This document shows positions 61,536 to 64,000 of a stretch of DNA of 64,000 nucleotides, one piece after another. The translations under genes were made by a program, and so were the position numbers. Position 1 is the stretch's first letter. Each line of letters starts with the position of its first letter. Under the pieces are notes generated by a model. It saw only the letters and a list, made by a program, of their open reading frames with translations, searched no databases and was not told the DNA's origin. Source of the stretch: Octopus vulgaris (Eukaryota); NCBI GenBank assembly GCA_951406725.2, contig OX597817.1:42656001-42720000 (forward strand). The letters run 5' to 3'.

Positions 61536-63312
61536 TCAACTATATATAATCCTGCTTTTTATACATAAACACTACTGCAATTATGTACATATATCTATAT
61601 AAATATTATAATTTATAGTAAGAGTAAAATAACCAAATAATGTGGTGTCACAGGGAATGTAAGTGAGTTTTTTGTCCTTTGTCATTGGTTTGTATGTAGT
61701 TGGTGTAGTCTTGTATGTACGTCTGTATTACGTTGTGAGAGTTTAGAAATGTAACGTTTCATTATGAAATAAATAAAAATTTTATTATGTGAAATAATAA
61801 TCTATTGCTGTCTTCAAAAAAAATTTTTGAAATTTAGCATGGTTAATATTTTTTTATTAGCTGTTTCAAATTGTTTTTTTTTGATTTTTTCATCTTTATT
61901 TTTGTTCCTCATCTAATTTAAACTTCATCCTGTTTGTTTCTGTAATTGCTTAGTAAAGAAAGTTTTTCTGCGGAGGTGGTTCATTCCGGAGGTCGACTTT
62001 CCTTTAATCATTTTGTTTGTAAATAAAGTAAAATTGCCTTTTATAATAAGACTCAGTATCTTTGCTGTTTGTATATATAAGCATTTTTAAGAGTTATTGC
62101 AAAATAATATGTTTAAAAATGGAATATGATGAGTTTAAAATCGTTGAGCTTTTTCTTTTATATAAGGAAAAATATGCATTAAAAAAAGTTGTCATAGACT
62201 TTCAACCTTTCTGTCTTTTTGTCTATGGCTTAACATGAAAAAGAAATACGTTTTCTGCTTTCCTTTCTTAGCCATTATCCAGTTTTGGCTGTAACTCCGC
62301 CCTTCGACACACGAAAATTGTTAAAATATACACACCACGCGCTATATAACTCGATATGAATGACTATACATACATCCCAAATGTACTTACATAACTATAT
62401 CAAAATAATATATATATATAGATATACATGAGTGTGGTGAGATGTACTGGAAAAGATGCACCAGATCAATTACTGCATTAATAATATTGAAATAAGATTA
62501 TGCTGACTTTTCCGATAGCAGGCAATGAGGGTTAAATCCAAGCTCTGCTAGTTCCTCAACAGTCAATTATTTTTCCACCAGGGTCAATGTAACAATCTTG
62601 TTATTTTTCTTATGGCCAGATTACCACCATTGACACTGCCTTACGCCTTATTGTAGTAAATTTCTTGTACTTGCAACATTTACTATTCTTTATATTTCAG
62701 CCTTGAGGTTGTGGCCATGCTGGATCATGTGTGTGTGTGTGTGTGTGTGTCTATCTGTCTGTCTATCTGTATATATATATGTATATGTATTTTCAACACA
62801 ATTAAACATTTTTTCAGATCATTCTATGTTAATTGTTTCATACTGTGTTCTTATGTGTGTGTATGTGTGTGTATGTATGTGTATGTAATGTATGTATGTA
62901 TATTTATGTATTATGTATGTGTGTGTGATGTATGTGTGTGTGTATGTATGTATGTATGTATGTATGTATGTATGTATGGGTGTTTTTACAGATGTAAAAG
63001 TAATAAAAAAAACATTCACTCACTTTGCTCTCCCTCACAAGACTCATGTTTCTATATCGTCATAAGATAAATTTATTTCAAGATAAAAACTATATAAAAA
63101 AAATTTATATTTAATACAAAGTTTATAATTAAAATATAAAAAAAATTATAAGCAAATATTATTTAAGAAAGTATTTTTTGTAAATTTTAAATATTTATAA
63201 TATTTATATAAACTATATGTACTGAAATATTAATTAGATAAATTGTATAGAAAATATATATGTAAGTAGTATTTATAAAAAAGGGATATATATATATTTT
63301 TTATATATAAGA

Positions 63313-63912
63313 CTAGCAGTATCGCCCGGCGTTGCTCGGGTTTGTAAGGGAAATAACTATATAAGCATTTTTAGAGAGTTATAGCCAAAAAATAGCAAAA
63401 AATGCATTAAAAATGGAAAAAATATGATGGTAAAAGTTTTTTAAAAATCGTTGACTCATCGTAGACATTTTTAGAGAGTTACTTCCTTATATAATAGCGA
63501 AAAATGCATTAAAATCGTAGACTCATGTAGACGCTTTCTTAGCCATTTCTGTTTTGGTGTCTTCAAGCCATGAAGTCGTTGTTCTAAAAGAACGCTGGTC
63601 TCCTTGACAACGCATTACGACGTTGATTTCCTTACACTCCCTTCCCCACAGGTGCAGGTGTGAGCGTGGACGCCAACTCCGCCGCCATCGACACACGAAA
63701 AATTATGCATTAAAATGGAATAAAAAATGTTAAATTATTTTTAAAATCGTAGACTCATCGTAGACGCGCGCTAATACTCAGACGGGCTCGATATGAATCA
63801 CGACTATTAGCTACCCGAATTTGGTTAAACTGCACCGCAAAATGTGGGAGGAGTTAGGAATCTAAATCGAAGGGGACAGACACTCACACAACTACAGTTT
63901 TATATATATAGA
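63313..63912 (-). mobile_element. Non-autonomous Helitron-like element (longer version of 1918-2311)
   Basis: CTAG terminus with CCCGGCGTTGCTCGGG hairpin at left, TTTTATATATATAGA at right; body matches 1918-2311. Confidence 0.75.
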
Positions 63913-64000
63913 TATACATAGCGCAGTAGTGGTGAGATGTGACAGCAAAGAAAAGCATACATTCACTCTCTGCATGCAATTAGACTCGGAAAGTTCGTGT

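Overview
Eukaryotic, AT-rich, repeat-dense animal genomic DNA; the SINE and microsatellite content suggests a cephalopod such as octopus (inference). The only host gene I can support is the 3' half of a LACTB2-like metallo-beta-lactamase on the minus strand, with four coding exons (20520-20622, 15009-15233, 11689-11770, 10041-10105). I could not find its N-terminal exons in the window. From about 22.1 kb to the N-gap at 55482-55581 there is a ~33-kb block with almost no unique DNA. It is a long (TA)n microsatellite scaffold interrupted by about 18 retroelement pieces from at least six families: two CR1-group LINE families (A and B) with CCCH zinc-finger ORF1s, an RTE LINE, two Penelope-like families carrying hammerhead ribozymes, and a tRNA-derived SINE. 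Almost every piece is bounded by (TA)n on both sides. Two further hammerhead ribozyme folds lie in the LACTB2 introns, one inside a ~360-bp retrozyme-like partial tandem repeat. The rest of the window holds older SINEs, Helitron-like and piggyBac derivatives and microsatellites. Parts of the cluster (31.6-32.4 kb, 51-55.5 kb) and the post-gap sequence look like assembly or consensus artefacts.
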